DNA from: an uncultured virus (IMG/VR IMGVR_UViG_2861330777_000001)
Lineage: Duplodnaviria; Heunggongvirae; Uroviricota; Caudoviricetes
Reading direction: 5' to 3' (one strand)
IMG/VR virus record: IMGVR_UViG_2861330777_000001
DNA: 64,000 nt
Of the stretch, positions 63,760-64,000 are shown one piece after another. Numbering within the stretch: position 1 is the stretch's first letter; each line of letters starts with the position of its first letter. Made by a program: the position numbers and the translations under genes. The notes beneath the pieces are model-generated. The model worked only from the letters and a program-made list of their open reading frames with translations. It ran no database searches and was not told the DNA's origin.

Positions 63760-64000
63760 GTGGCAGTATCATTTAACGAAGAAACAGGAAATTGGGATTT
63801 CGTAATCAGTGCGGGACGTAATCCGCTTACTGGAAGACGGAAGCAAGTTAGACGAAGAGGTTTCGCAACAAAAGGCGAAGCCGAGGAAGCGTATTTAAAG
63901 GTAAAGGCGGAGCTTAAATCTGAAAGTTTTCTCGACAAGTCTACGATGACTTACGAGAAGTTTATGGAGGAGTATTTGGCGGAACGCCGGATTTCTCTCC
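63760..64000 (+). CDS. int: Tyrosine integrase, N-terminal arm-binding domain (truncated by window edge)
   Basis: RBS TAGGAGG; MAVSFNEETGNWDFVISAGRNPLTGRRKQVRRRGFATKGEA; frame open to the end. Confidence 0.85.
   Translation, partial: MAVSFNEETGNWDFVISAGRNPLTGRRKQVRRRGFATKGEAEEAYLKVKAELKSESFLDKSTMTYEKFMEEYLAERRISL

Larger units (their letters stand above)
1..64000. mobile_element. Temperate contractile-tailed prophage (Bacillaceae-type, PBSX/Xkd-like tail); both ends probably lie just outside the window
   Basis: Complete ordered sets of packaging, head, tail, lysis, replication and regulatory genes; integrase start at right edge; no host housekeeping genes or att site recognised. Confidence 0.95.

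Noticed and set aside
1..64000. tRNA, rRNA, CRISPR arrays and att sites
   Set aside because: None recognised by eye; att sites probably lie outside the window, and a tRNA scan was not possible

Overview
The window is almost one complete temperate myovirus (prophage) of a Bacillaceae-type host, about 64 kb, and nearly all genes are on the minus strand. Read from right to left it contains: the 5' end of a tyrosine integrase (+, cut by the window edge); an early/replication block (HTH initiator fragment, DnaC-like loader, DnaB helicase, TOPRIM primase); a central regulatory island (two XRE genes, an AimR-like receptor, an unannotated 37-aa AimP-like pre-peptide ending AEKVGG, and a phage sigma-like gene); DNA-metabolism genes (SSB-like, PolA, PD-(D/E)XK nucleases, RuvC, class I ribonucleotide reductase with flavodoxin, PhoH, ThyX, MazG-like, two methyltransferases); a second Rep-like gene with flanking direct repeats; terS and terL separated by an inverted tyrosine recombinase; head genes interrupted by a beta-helix/SGNH plus acetyltransferase pair; a PBSX/Xkd-like contractile tail; a lysis cassette; and a terminal accessory module (RHH regulator, pilin-like protein, M23 peptidase, VirD4/HerA-like ATPase) with a divergent micropeptide under a SigG-type promoter. 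The most notable observations are an arbitrium-like locus apparently wired directly to a sigma factor, a six-copy fixed-spacing promoter-like motif (TGCGCG-N15-GCGRCATA), the conjugation-like and possibly sporulation-linked terminal module, two genes that appear to start at ATC/ATT, and a structured leader on the SSB-like gene. All product calls come from manual motif recognition and gene context; no database search or folding program was run.
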